Below, in pieces: positions 51,301-59,290 of a DNA stretch of 64,000 nt (its first letter is position 1; each line of letters opens with the position of its first letter). This DNA is from a virus: positions 27,581 through 91,580 of IMG/VR virus record IMGVR_UViG_3300022927_001696; one strand, given 5' to 3'. A program made the translations under genes and the position numbers. The notes beneath the pieces are model-generated. The model was not told the origin of the DNA, searched no databases, and saw only the letters and a list, made by a program, of their open reading frames with translations.

Positions 51301-52214
51301 TTTGGACTGTAGACCCAGATGTCAAAGTGGAACAAGACGTGCTTGACCGTGGATTCATGCCTTTGATTACTGACGTAAACAAAATTCATACATGGCAGAA
51401 AATAAATTCCAGAACAAAAAAAGTTCATGCATACGGCGGCTTAAGATTATGGCCCACTAATTTAGACCTTGATAATATAAAATCTGACGATCTTAAATTT
51501 AATAGATTTAAAAATTTACAATATGTAAAATCCCCAGGCTCTATTACTAATGAATATGATATTGTGTTTTTATCATATAAAGAAAAGGGTGCAGAAGAAC
51601 GATATAATAATTTAAAAGAAAAATACAATATTATATGGATTAAAGACATAGAGGGAATCTTTAATGCACATAAGAAAGCATCTGAAGAAGTAAATAGTAG
51701 TATGTTCTGGGTCGTAGATGCTGATGCAGATATAGTTGACGACTTTGATTTTTCCTATATACCTGATGTATATGATGAAGAAGTTGTACATGTATGGGGA
51801 AGTAAAAATCCAGTCAATAATTTAGAATATGGTTATGGAGGAGTAAAACTGTTTCCAACTAATATGGTTAGAGAAGCAGACACTTGGGGTATTGATTTTA
51901 CAACTGGTTTGAGTAGTAGGTTTAAATCTATGCCTCAAATCAGTTGTATTACAAACTTTAATGTTGACGAATTTAGTACATGGCGTAGTGCGTTCAGAGA
52001 ATGTGTAAAATTAACATTAAATAATGACGAAGAAAGTAATCAAAGATTAGAGGCTTGGTTAAAATGTGATACTGAAGCACAATTTGTAGAATATGCAAGA
52101 AAAGGTGCTGAAGAAGGCAATAAATATGCCAAAGAAAATATTAACAACATAGAAAATTTAAATAAAATAAACGACTTTAAATGGTTAAATGAGCAATATA
52201 ATAAATCTAAATAG
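48372..52214 (+). CDS. 1280-aa protein of about 12 tandem GT-A-like repeats; the last is the most complete (DAD)
   Basis: Repeating W-x-x-D...P...H-x-F/W...(QLxHKYP)...GG-I/V/L-x-L/W-x-P unit. The C-terminal domain is homologous to 29837..30835. Confidence 0.65.
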   Translation: MFDIFYIGKNETLEKDFPFAKQVPSHEDINPITKMYWVVEPNIEVIDSEVFNYRPESFDMEYKHIWKWDDQNYGGISLIPKNKTEGIKEINKVVCKKSFTKLNTKTPGKYFENNPYATHVWCIDPEYKLPEDLNWAPNNFEPNFIHSFHLRGQLEHKYPAEEGGIKLYPRNWKECDTKYHNFLNASATYPVFYVKDVEDYSQRKIFTDDYVWLIDSQYKINAGTLDWVPNPFEDTMIHVFKMPYQLQEKYPMAMGGIRLVPKKWHEAETKIHPACPVEDESYDVFYVDEDEFTAESYTECAERSKTDWFWVVDREFQFNGKLLYVPAIHERDYIHVFKVPGHLEERYPPDYTDAWDNRCGGIRLVHKEFDFTKHKYQKDIVPVRYDIFYTDNINDYESAARKSRTKMFWLVDNEHELNDVFKYVPAKYDQKTIQVFKIPNQLEHKYPKSITNISDNRCGGVKLVPKAYNTDSIKYVATNPTSDRSYPVIKVDNVDEYTEVFQDCWIVDREYEINQKIEWAPPLFQQNCIHTFHVGDQLRHKYPESIGGLRWVPVDWSGDIVIHAEMLNAIPEYPIYFVDDPSINPKKDHSCWVADKSYRLDESIKWAPSSFDIDKVHVFHVHNQLTNKYPEEMGGLYWYPDSSTEELKIHKEPLVINAKTFPVYRVSNPSDYNDITEDCWLVDEEYVLDDNDFKFIPWQNENEKDQIHVYQVSGQLEHKYPDEMGGIYWVPANHKDSKLNIHNTTPFGEQLTFPVFESEEQGRIKTSTSWFWVIDPDVNVLETFDFRFVPKIWDNGKTHVWQKLNPITGRQYDYGGVMLCPKVAQTKGRPKYIREPACTQKEYPVYKLQADDYKDGLQKVYERLAGDCATDMYWIVDAYTQIDQDFKFDYYPTQWDKKNVHIWQNEDGEFRNIRLVPKETFLDRQYTDKEIANNSFEHLKLINTIASLKPKWPVIHLQSLERKEFINAIKDIETPFVWTVDPDVKVEQDVLDRGFMPLITDVNKIHTWQKINSRTKKVHAYGGLRLWPTNLDLDNIKSDDLKFNRFKNLQYVKSPGSITNEYDIVFLSYKEKGAEERYNNLKEKYNIIWIKDIEGIFNAHKKASEEVNSSMFWVVDADADIVDDFDFSYIPDVYDEEVVHVWGSKNPVNNLEYGYGGVKLFPTNMVREADTWGIDFTTGLSSRFKSMPQISCITNFNVDEFSTWRSAFRECVKLTLNNDEESNQRLEAWLKCDTEAQFVEYARKGAEEGNKYAKENINNIENLNKINDFKWLNEQYNKSK

Positions 52215-52869
52215 TTGGAAGGAAGTTACAGAATATATTGATAAAGGATTCTGGAAACCTACACCTAGTTATTTTGAACATATAGTCCAGCATGGAAACT
52301 ATTATCCTGCACACGCATTTAGCAAAGGACAGTTAGCAAGTAAAAGTTGGTTATTAAACGAACTTTATCACACATATCCTAAAATTCCTAATGTTAATGT
52401 AGCAATATTAGGTAGTTGGATAGGTGCATTAGTTGAACCATTACATCAAAATTTCAATATAGAAAGAATATATGGAATAGATACAGATGCAGAAGCAATA
52501 GAAAAATCAGAAAAATTAAATCAACCTTTTGTACAAGACAGTTGGAAATATAAAGGGATAGTAGCAGATGTAGACATGTTAGATTGCAGTAATATGGAGT
52601 TTGAAACGAGTGGAGAACTAATTAATGTAAAACCTGATTGGATAATAAACACTAGTTGTGAGCATATGAGTACAGGTTGGTTCGATACTGTGGATTCAGA
52701 TCAATTAATTATAATGCAAACTAACGATTCTCCAGATTTCGAGGGTCACATAAACCCTGTGGCAAGTTTAAAAGACATGGAACTACTCTATCCACTTAGT
52801 AATTCAATGTTTTCTGGCCAATTAAAGACACCTGCATACACTCGTTTTATGCAAATAGGATACAAATAA
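52189..52869 (+). CDS. Class I SAM-dependent methyltransferase-like protein
   Basis: ILGSWIG, YGIDTD and IINTSCEH motifs. Confidence 0.7.
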   Translation: MSNIINLNSWKEVTEYIDKGFWKPTPSYFEHIVQHGNYYPAHAFSKGQLASKSWLLNELYHTYPKIPNVNVAILGSWIGALVEPLHQNFNIERIYGIDTDAEAIEKSEKLNQPFVQDSWKYKGIVADVDMLDCSNMEFETSGELINVKPDWIINTSCEHMSTGWFDTVDSDQLIIMQTNDSPDFEGHINPVASLKDMELLYPLSNSMFSGQLKTPAYTRFMQIGYK

Positions 52870-55305
52870 TTACAACCTTATATTAAATCCTAATTCGTAA
52901 GAATTCATATTATTAGAATTGATCTTAGCAGAAAAATATAAAAAATTATATCTATGTGTTAAACTAAAACTGGTTACTACCTCATCTCTATTATAATCAT
53001 ATTTTAAAATATCAGCAAATGTAGTTGTAGTATCATCAAATGTATTATAATAGTCTGCACCAGCAGTAAAAAGTGTTTGTCCTAATTTAGATTTATACAA
53101 ATAGTTTATATCAGTAAAAACACTAAATGTATTCATTGTAAAGTCGTGTACATGAACATTGTATTGGCTACCGTTTTCCTTAAAATCTTTTATAGTTGTA
53201 AAGCCTAAAGATGCCCCACTCCTATTAAAAAATCCGTTTTCAAACTGATATCTATACTCAGTAAATGTTAAAAGTGCAGAATAATCTATATCTGCATAGC
53301 CGGTTCCATACCACTTAGTTTTGTTATGCCCTTTTACTGTATTATTGATATAAGTTACACCTACATGCATATCACCTAGATCATAATCTATATTAATAAA
53401 TCCACCTTCAGAATTACCACTGCTTTTACCTATTGTAACTCCATATTTGTCGCCACTATGCGAATACCCTGTAATTTCCGAGTCTTCAAATTTATTATAA
53501 AACAAATTAGTTCCTGTAGTTTGCTTACGTAGGTCCTTATAGCGAATAAGATCGTCATAGACAGCATCTATGTGTCCCTTAGGCTTAGTGACTATATCTT
53601 GTTGCATTTCAGCAAAAGGGGGATCTAGTACTTGAAAGAATGTTAATGTTCTACTAGGTATACCATTTACATCTTGTTCACTCCAATTATATCCTATAAA
53701 ATCATACCAATATTTTCCATCGATTTCCACAGGGAAATAGGACATTCCTTTATTACCAAATTTAGGAAAGTCATCGTAAAGCCTAAATGTACCATTGTCA
53801 TTAAGTAGTACATATGTATCCATACTAGTATCAACAATATCAAGATCTCCGTCGTGATCAAAATCCACAATAACTATATCTCCCTCTCCGTTCCATAAAT
53901 TAGGATTAGTAATTCCTCCATCAGCATACTTTGTAGTTCCATACGTAGATGTCATATCTGTAAAAGATGTGCCACCATTGTTTTTAAAGAACTGTATCAT
54001 TCTACCTTTATAATAAGGGTCGTGCCTTGTAGTTGCTAAAACAATATCTATATAGCCATCACCGTCAAAATCAAATGCCTGCATATCATTGGCATTTCCG
54101 TTTTCACCAAAATAGTTATCTGGTAATTCTACCCATGCTCTATTACTCCAGTCATTATTACCGTCGTTAAAAAATACAGCACCAGCACTATTTTCGTATG
54201 TTTCTCCAAATCCATATTCTCTGGCTAGTGCAGGATTAAACCAACCAACTGCAACATCACCATGCCCATCGTTATCAAAATCAGCAACAGTGGCAGTGGT
54301 TGGCCAAAATATTTCAGACTGTCCTACTTCATAGGGTTCAGGTATTCTATAAAAATTTTGATTTGCTGTAAAGTTTCCATTGCCGTCATTTATTAACATA
54401 GTCCATGGAATCCTGTTATTATCCCAATCGTAATCAAAAACCGGTAAAAATATATCAACATCACCGTCGCCTTCAGCATCTCCTATTGCAGTATCATGAA
54501 AAAACAGTCTACCTAATTCTTCGTTAAAAAATAGATCGTTAGGTAAATTACTGTGACTTACATTTACTATTTTACCATTATCAGATAACATTAATGAAGA
54601 ACCTAAGAATAAATCAGTAATTCCATCGCCGTTAAAATCTGCGGCTTGACCTCCTCTATGAGAATCAGTCCAAGCACAATCACTATATGGATTACCCTGA
54701 TTATCCCTAGTATGCTCTGTGGCACTAGAAGAACCTCCATATAAACAAGTAGAGCCCTCAAAAATATCATTAGATAAAATAAAATGCCCATTGCCATCAT
54801 TAATAAATGCCATTAAATTAGATTCTGGAACATATTCTGTATCACCATTAAAGTAAGGCATAATGTAAAAATCCATCATACCATCACCATTTAAATCAGC
54901 CTCCCATAGGTAACTATGAGATGTAAAATGTCTTGATTGAACTTCTTCATCACCACAAGTTTCGTTAGGGCACCCATCATGATTACCTGTAATTGTTACT
55001 TCAAAAAATCCATAATCTGCAATTTTAAATTTTTCTGTTGGTGCTGGTAGTCCTGTTGTTGTATAAGGTGTCATACCATATGAAACTGTAATCTCATCAC
55101 TGTAACCATCAATATTAGGATAATATGTAAAAGAAAACTCATCAAAAGGTATTCTTTCATCTGTTGGTGTGGTTGAACCCCCACCATTACTTGGAGGTGG
55201 AGTAGGTGTTGCTGTAACTCCTGCACTTCCGCCACCACTTGCACAACTGGTTATAGCAAATATTACTACACCAATTAAAAATAAATCAACTAATTTCTTT
55301 AACAT
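52870..55305 (-). CDS. Lipoprotein with FG-GAP/VCBS repeats and probable C-terminal beta-barrel (autotransporter-like)
   Basis: Start revised to 55305 (GGGGGA RBS). Signal peptide with lipobox ITSC, multiple DxNGDGxxD repeats, aromatic amphipathic C-terminus. Confidence 0.7.
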   Translation of the reverse strand: MLKKLVDLFLIGVVIFAITSCASGGGSAGVTATPTPPPSNGGGSTTPTDERIPFDEFSFTYYPNIDGYSDEITVSYGMTPYTTTGLPAPTEKFKIADYGFFEVTITGNHDGCPNETCGDEEVQSRHFTSHSYLWEADLNGDGMMDFYIMPYFNGDTEYVPESNLMAFINDGNGHFILSNDIFEGSTCLYGGSSSATEHTRDNQGNPYSDCAWTDSHRGGQAADFNGDGITDLFLGSSLMLSDNGKIVNVSHSNLPNDLFFNEELGRLFFHDTAIGDAEGDGDVDIFLPVFDYDWDNNRIPWTMLINDGNGNFTANQNFYRIPEPYEVGQSEIFWPTTATVADFDNDGHGDVAVGWFNPALAREYGFGETYENSAGAVFFNDGNNDWSNRAWVELPDNYFGENGNANDMQAFDFDGDGYIDIVLATTRHDPYYKGRMIQFFKNNGGTSFTDMTSTYGTTKYADGGITNPNLWNGEGDIVIVDFDHDGDLDIVDTSMDTYVLLNDNGTFRLYDDFPKFGNKGMSYFPVEIDGKYWYDFIGYNWSEQDVNGIPSRTLTFFQVLDPPFAEMQQDIVTKPKGHIDAVYDDLIRYKDLRKQTTGTNLFYNKFEDSEITGYSHSGDKYGVTIGKSSGNSEGGFINIDYDLGDMHVGVTYINNTVKGHNKTKWYGTGYADIDYSALLTFTEYRYQFENGFFNRSGASLGFTTIKDFKENGSQYNVHVHDFTMNTFSVFTDINYLYKSKLGQTLFTAGADYYNTFDDTTTTFADILKYDYNRDEVVTSFSLTHRYNFLYFSAKINSNNMNSYELGFNIRL

Positions 55306-55591
55306 GTTTACAATTCCCCCTAAATGTATATCCTGGACAACTACACTTACCATCTTCTATGGTATATGTATTGCCGTTTGAGCCTTTTACAATTACAACA
55401 TCAGAAGACAATTCTTCTGGACGTTCACCTATTTTAGTAAACTTACGTCTTGCTTTTGAAAACTGTTTTATTGGATTTTTAAATACTTTATCATTATACT
55501 GAACAAGTTGCCCTGCACTATTAACATGGTATACACCATTAGCAACTGGGTATTTGCCCCAATCAGTTATTTCCTGTAGTATCTCTATCAT
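55286..55591 (-). CDS. SWIM zinc-finger protein
   Basis: CSCPGYTFRGNCKH; AAGGAG RBS. Confidence 0.75.
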   Translation of the reverse strand: MIEILQEITDWGKYPVANGVYHVNSAGQLVQYNDKVFKNPIKQFSKARRKFTKIGERPEELSSDVVIVKGSNGNTYTIEDGKCSCPGYTFRGNCKHVKEIS

Positions 55592-55621
55592 AAATTACTC
55601 CTTACCTTAATTTATATAACT

Positions 55622-55649
55622 ATTATAGCAAAAAATGATAATTTGTCAA
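55622..55649 (-). promoter_or_regulatory. Sigma70-like early promoter
   Basis: TTGACA-N16-TATAAT with extended -10 TGC. Confidence 0.8.
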
Positions 55650-55660
55650 CCTTAAAAGAT

Positions 55661-55688
55661 AAAAAAAGGGCGCCTAAACACCCTTTTT
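55661..55688 (-). terminator. Rho-independent terminator
   Basis: Minus strand AAAAAGGGTG-TTTAGG-CGCCCTTTTTTT downstream of the HTH gene. Confidence 0.7.
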
Positions 55689-55704
55689 CTAACATAAGTT
55701 AAAC

Positions 55705-55962
55705 TTATGAAGTAGCCAATGCTTTATAACCAGCGGCAATAACAGCTCTAGAAGGTGTACCTAATCTGTACACATTTCTGCTTCTGTTTTTAGTGTCAGT
55801 CACTGTGTTCAAATAGATTGGAAATCCTTTGAATCTTAGTGATTGAATCACTGCTTGTGGATTACCAGCACCAAATTGTGCTCTAATTTGAGCTGAACTT
55901 AAAGTTCTGCCTGATTGTAGTGCTGTAAGCACTTTCATTTCTTTAGTTGTTGAAGTAGTCAT
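55705..55962 (-). CDS. Small winged-HTH DNA-binding protein
   Basis: VLTALQSGRTLSSAQI...NPQAVIQSLRFKGFPIY; AGGAGG RBS; has its own promoter and terminator. Confidence 0.65.
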   Translation of the reverse strand: MTTSTTKEMKVLTALQSGRTLSSAQIRAQFGAGNPQAVIQSLRFKGFPIYLNTVTDTKNRSRNVYRLGTPSRAVIAAGYKALATS

Positions 55963-56017
55963 ATGACCTCCTATTTTTCTTCATTAAACAAAGCACTATT
56001 TTCATAGTATTAAATAC

Positions 56018-56045
56018 ATTATACATTCTTTTTACTTTTTGTCAA
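56018..56045 (-). promoter_or_regulatory. Sigma70-like early promoter
   Basis: TTGACA-N16-TATAAT. Confidence 0.8.
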
Positions 56046-56056
56046 CCTTTATATAA

Positions 56057-56084
56057 GAAAAAAGTGCCCTGTTTCCAGGGCACT
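56057..56084 (-). terminator. Rho-independent terminator
   Basis: Minus strand AGTGCCCTG-GAAA-CAGGGCACT followed by a T-tract. Confidence 0.88.
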
Positions 56085-56135
56085 CACCTTGTGCGTTCTT
56101 TAGGTAGGGAGTAACATAGGTAGGCGCACAAGGAT
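56057..56135 (-). ncRNA. Candidate 3'-UTR-derived small RNA (9-bp stem with a 29-nt C-rich loop, then the terminator)
   Basis: Stem CCTTGTGCG/CGCACAAGG at 56087-56095 and 56125-56133; loop CCUACCUAUGUUACUCCCUACCUAAAGAA. Confidence 0.4.
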
Positions 56136-56144
56136 TTTTAACTA

Positions 56145-57251
56145 TTATACTATGTACTTAATATATTTTTTACTAAATGTATCCCTAAGTTCCTTATCAA
56201 GATCAGTTCTCACATTAAATTTAATGTTATAATCTTTCATTATAGTTCTAAATAAGAACACAACCATTTCTGGTTCAAAGTTATCAAAACTAAATCTTAT
56301 AACATTATTAAGAGACTTAACAAAATCTTTATCTAGACCTTTATCCAAATACTTTTCATTTAGCTCGTATGCAATTCCTACAACCAAACTATATTTTGCA
56401 CTAAGCTCAGAACTAACCTTGTTATCAAGTTTCTTTGCTTTTCCGTCTAAAATATCGCTTGGATTAGGAAGATGTTTAGCAACTTTTCTGTGTTCTACAA
56501 ATTTTATTGACATTCCTTCACCTATAGCACCTGCAATTTCTGCCTTTTGTTCAAAACTTTCAGCAGTATCAAAGCCTGATGCACCAAGCATTTCACTAAC
56601 AAAGGTCCAACTTCTTGGTGTAGCAAAAGCCTGCGAACTAGATTTTGGATCAAAATCAAACAAGTCGCCTTTGCTGTAAGTTAAGTAACCTACAACATCA
56701 GGGTGTACGTTGTTATTAACAGCCCATTGTTGCCAATCATCAAAATTAACATCCATATTAATGTGTCTAAATCTGTTAGCCAATGGGGCAGGCATTCTAA
56801 ATGTAACACCTCTATCAGTCTCTCTGTTACCTGCGGCAACTATTCTGACGTTCTCTGGTAGTCTGTATTGCCCTACTCTTCTGTTTAATACTAGTTGATA
56901 CGCCGCGGCCTGCACACTTGGAGGTGCTGAATTAAGCTCATCTAAAAATAAAACAACATTATCATACTGACTAGCGAATTCTTCACTAGGAAGATCTGCT
57001 GGGGGCGACCACTCCATAGTATTTGTTTCTGGATTTCTAAAAGGATATCCTCTTAGATCGGTTGGCTCTAATAATGCTAAACGCATATCAATCATTGTAG
57101 CATTACCTAAATCACCACTATTAACAATAGACTCAACAAGTTCGGATTTTCCAATTCCTGGAGGCCCCCAAACAAATATTGGTCTATTTACTTTAAATGA
57201 TCTTAACAGAATTGGTTTAACCTGTGTTGATCTGACTTTTAATGTTTCCAT
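56145..57251 (-). CDS. AAA+ ATPase (MoxR/dynein-related type)
   Basis: Walker A GPPGIGKS, Walker B LFLDE, AAGN, PLANRF. Confidence 0.88.
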   Translation of the reverse strand: METLKVRSTQVKPILLRSFKVNRPIFVWGPPGIGKSELVESIVNSGDLGNATMIDMRLALLEPTDLRGYPFRNPETNTMEWSPPADLPSEEFASQYDNVVLFLDELNSAPPSVQAAAYQLVLNRRVGQYRLPENVRIVAAGNRETDRGVTFRMPAPLANRFRHINMDVNFDDWQQWAVNNNVHPDVVGYLTYSKGDLFDFDPKSSSQAFATPRSWTFVSEMLGASGFDTAESFEQKAEIAGAIGEGMSIKFVEHRKVAKHLPNPSDILDGKAKKLDNKVSSELSAKYSLVVGIAYELNEKYLDKGLDKDFVKSLNNVIRFSFDNFEPEMVVFLFRTIMKDYNIKFNVRTDLDKELRDTFSKKYIKYIV

Positions 57252-57282
57252 AAATTACTCCTTTACCTTAATTTACTATATT

Positions 57283-57310
57283 AGTATACTACAATTAAAG
57301 AGTTTGTCAA
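57283..57310 (-). promoter_or_regulatory. Sigma70-like early promoter
   Basis: TTGACA-N16-TATACT; leader nearly identical to that of the 55591 gene. Confidence 0.75.
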
Positions 57311-57328
57311 GTCTTTTTTTAGATTTTT

Positions 57329-57760
57329 TTACATTTTATCTATAAATGTATGAATGTCATTACCGTTAAGTTTATACCATGCGGCATCTTCCTTGCAATA
57401 TAAAACAAGTTTCTTTTTTGTAAAATAATAAGGCCATTCCATTGCATCATCTAAAAATAAATACATTTTAGGAGTAGGATTTATATCATGAGAAAAATCC
57501 CAATATTCAAAGTTTCTTTTTAATATTTCATTACCTAAAGATGTAAGTCTTAGACCTTGTGGTACTCCATTTTTTAAACGAAAATTACTAAAAATTTTAT
57601 ATCCTAATTTTTCTTTAGGTATATCTTTAAACTTTTCATAGAATTTGGAGTTTTTTGGTATGTTTGGTATTCTGGATCTATTATGTAGTAGACCTTCAGA
57701 AAGAATAGATTGTATAGAATTAATTATTTTATATTGTAAGGACTCTTTTTCATTCATCAT
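57329..57760 (-). CDS. Hypothetical phage protein
   Basis: GLRLTSLG...[10 protein letters not shown]; operon context. Confidence 0.6.
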   Translation of the reverse strand: MMNEKESLQYKIINSIQSILSEGLLHNRSRIPNIPKNSKFYEKFKDIPKEKLGYKIFSNFRLKNGVPQGLRLTSLGNEILKRNFEYWDFSHDINPTPKMYLFLDDAMEWPYYFTKKKLVLYCKEDAAWYKLNGNDIHTFIDKM

Positions 57761-58046
57761 CTTCCAATACTACTACACCAGAAGTAAGTTTGATAACCTG
57801 AAAATCTTCTGTATCAAATAGTTTATTCAATCTTTCTGCAAGATTAAAAGCATGACCACTATTACTGAAAGAAACTTTTTTGTATTTAGGTCCTGGATAA
57901 GAAACTAATTTATTAAGAACTCTTAAATTTATTGGTTTTTCTTTATAAAATACACTATAGATAGCATCAGCAGATAGAATCTGTTCTGCTTTGTATGTCT
58001 GCTTGTTTATAGATTCTAAAAGTATATCTGGCTTAGGTCTGCTCAT
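57750..58046 (-). CDS. Hypothetical phage protein
   Basis: MSRPKP...[23 protein letters not shown]; AGGAG RBS. Confidence 0.7.
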   Translation of the reverse strand: MSRPKPDILLESINKQTYKAEQILSADAIYSVFYKEKPINLRVLNKLVSYPGPKYKKVSFSNSGHAFNLAERLNKLFDTEDFQVIKLTSGVVVLEDDE

Positions 58047-58069
58047 ATGTGTAATCTCCTATACACATA

Positions 58070-58078
58070 TATTTATCA
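58070..58078 (-). promoter_or_regulatory. Late promoter (TGATAAATA)
   Basis: Intergenic, upstream of the RBS of 58046. Confidence 0.6.
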
Positions 58079-58099
58079 TTTTTTTATTAAAACAGTTGT

Positions 58100-58549
58100 T
58101 TATTTTCCTGGTAATCCTGCTTCAATAAAAGCACCAATTGTTTCCATGTCTTTATCACTAAGCATTCCTGCCTGTGCCCACATAGTGCTACTCATTGCAC
58201 CAACTTGTTCTTTGTTTTTGTATTGTACAAGTCTTTGAACAATGTATGCTTTGTCTTTGCCTTGTAAACTTGGGAAAGGTCCCATACCGCCACCGTCTTG
58301 TCCGTGACATGCGGCACAACCTGCCCATAAACTTCTTATGGAACTAAACTCGTCCAAGTTAGCCAACTCCTTCTTTCTTTGTTCTATTTCAACAACTGTA
58401 CCGTTAAGAGCCACATATTCTTCGTAGCATTCTCCTGTACACGACCCCTGACTTGAATATCCTGTATATTCTAAATCTGGGTAAATTTTAAAACCAAAGA
58501 ACAATGCTATTGCCATTGTTCCTAATAATGCCATTCCTAATTCTTTCAT
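58100..58549 (-). CDS. Membrane-anchored class I c-type cytochrome (c553/c4-like)
   Basis: N-terminal TM, heme motif CAACH, PSLQGK...YIVQRLVQYK, Met ligand region STMWAQA. Confidence 0.85.
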   Translation of the reverse strand: MKELGMALLGTMAIALFFGFKIYPDLEYTGYSSQGSCTGECYEEYVALNGTVVEIEQRKKELANLDEFSSIRSLWAGCAACHGQDGGGMGPFPSLQGKDKAYIVQRLVQYKNKEQVGAMSSTMWAQAGMLSDKDMETIGAFIEAGLPGK

Positions 58550-58779
58550 TACTTACTTGCTTCTACTAAGGCTTTGTATTCTGTAAAGCCGCCTATCTTC
58601 TCGCCGTTTACTATAATTTGTGGGAATGTTCTTGCTCCTGGAAAAGTTTCGAATAACTCTTCTCTGCTGAAGTCTTCATCTAACATTTTATATATTAATT
58701 CATGTCCTTCTCTTTCTGCTAGACCTTTTGCTTGTACACAAAATGGACATGCTGGTTTACTGTATATTTCTACTTTCAT
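58549..58779 (-). CDS. grx: Glutaredoxin
   Basis: CPFC, TFPQI, IGGF. Confidence 0.92.
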   Translation of the reverse strand: MKVEIYSKPACPFCVQAKGLAEREGHELIYKMLDEDFSREELFETFPGARTFPQIIVNGEKIGGFTEYKALVEASK

Positions 58780-58994
58780 TATTCGCTTTTAGTTTTAGGT
58801 GTGAGATCACACGTTGAGTTAATTTCCATACCGTTAATTTCCCTATTAAATTCTACTTCCATACCTTTTAATAATTCAGCAGGGGCAGGAGGATTTACAA
58901 TATGATGTCTTTTAACATACACATTATTCTTACCTTCAGATACTACACCGTAATGTTTTCTACTATTCCAAAAATTTAATGTGCCTGTATTCAT
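58779..58994 (-). CDS. Cold-shock-domain-like small protein
   Basis: MNTGTLNFWNSRKHYGVV...NVYV...GMEVEF resembles a CSD OB fold. Start revised to 58994. Confidence 0.5.
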   Translation of the reverse strand: MNTGTLNFWNSRKHYGVVSEGKNNVYVKRHHIVNPPAPAELLKGMEVEFNREINGMEINSTCDLTPKTKSE

Positions 58995-59014
58995 AACTGT
59001 ATTTATATTTTTAT

Positions 59015-59290
59015 CTAAGGATCTATTCTTAATTTGGCATGTATCAAATCCCATTTACTTTCAAATGTTAAAATTAAAGTTTGATCTTTATACCAGTCTT
59101 CATTAGAATAGTTCATATTTTTATGTGGTAAGAAATGCCAACCAAATTTTTTCCTGCAAATCTTTTTTAATTCTCCGATAGCAACACCAGATAAACCATG
59201 TTTAGGTGCACAATTCCATTGATATTTAAATATATGATTGTATCCATAACCTTCTGGTAAAGATAAAGTTTCAGTTAAATTGTCCGCCAT
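59015..59290 (-). CDS. Hypothetical protein
   Basis: ORF in operon orientation. Confidence 0.55.
   Translation of the reverse strand: MADNLTETLSLPEGYGYNHIFKYQWNCAPKHGLSGVAIGELKKICRKKFGWHFLPHKNMNYSNEDWYKDQTLILTFESKWDLIHAKLRIDP

Noticed and set aside
55306-55353. Longer N-terminus for the FG-GAP protein given in the ORF track
   Set aside because: It overlaps the SWIM gene; the RBS and signal peptide support ATG 55305.
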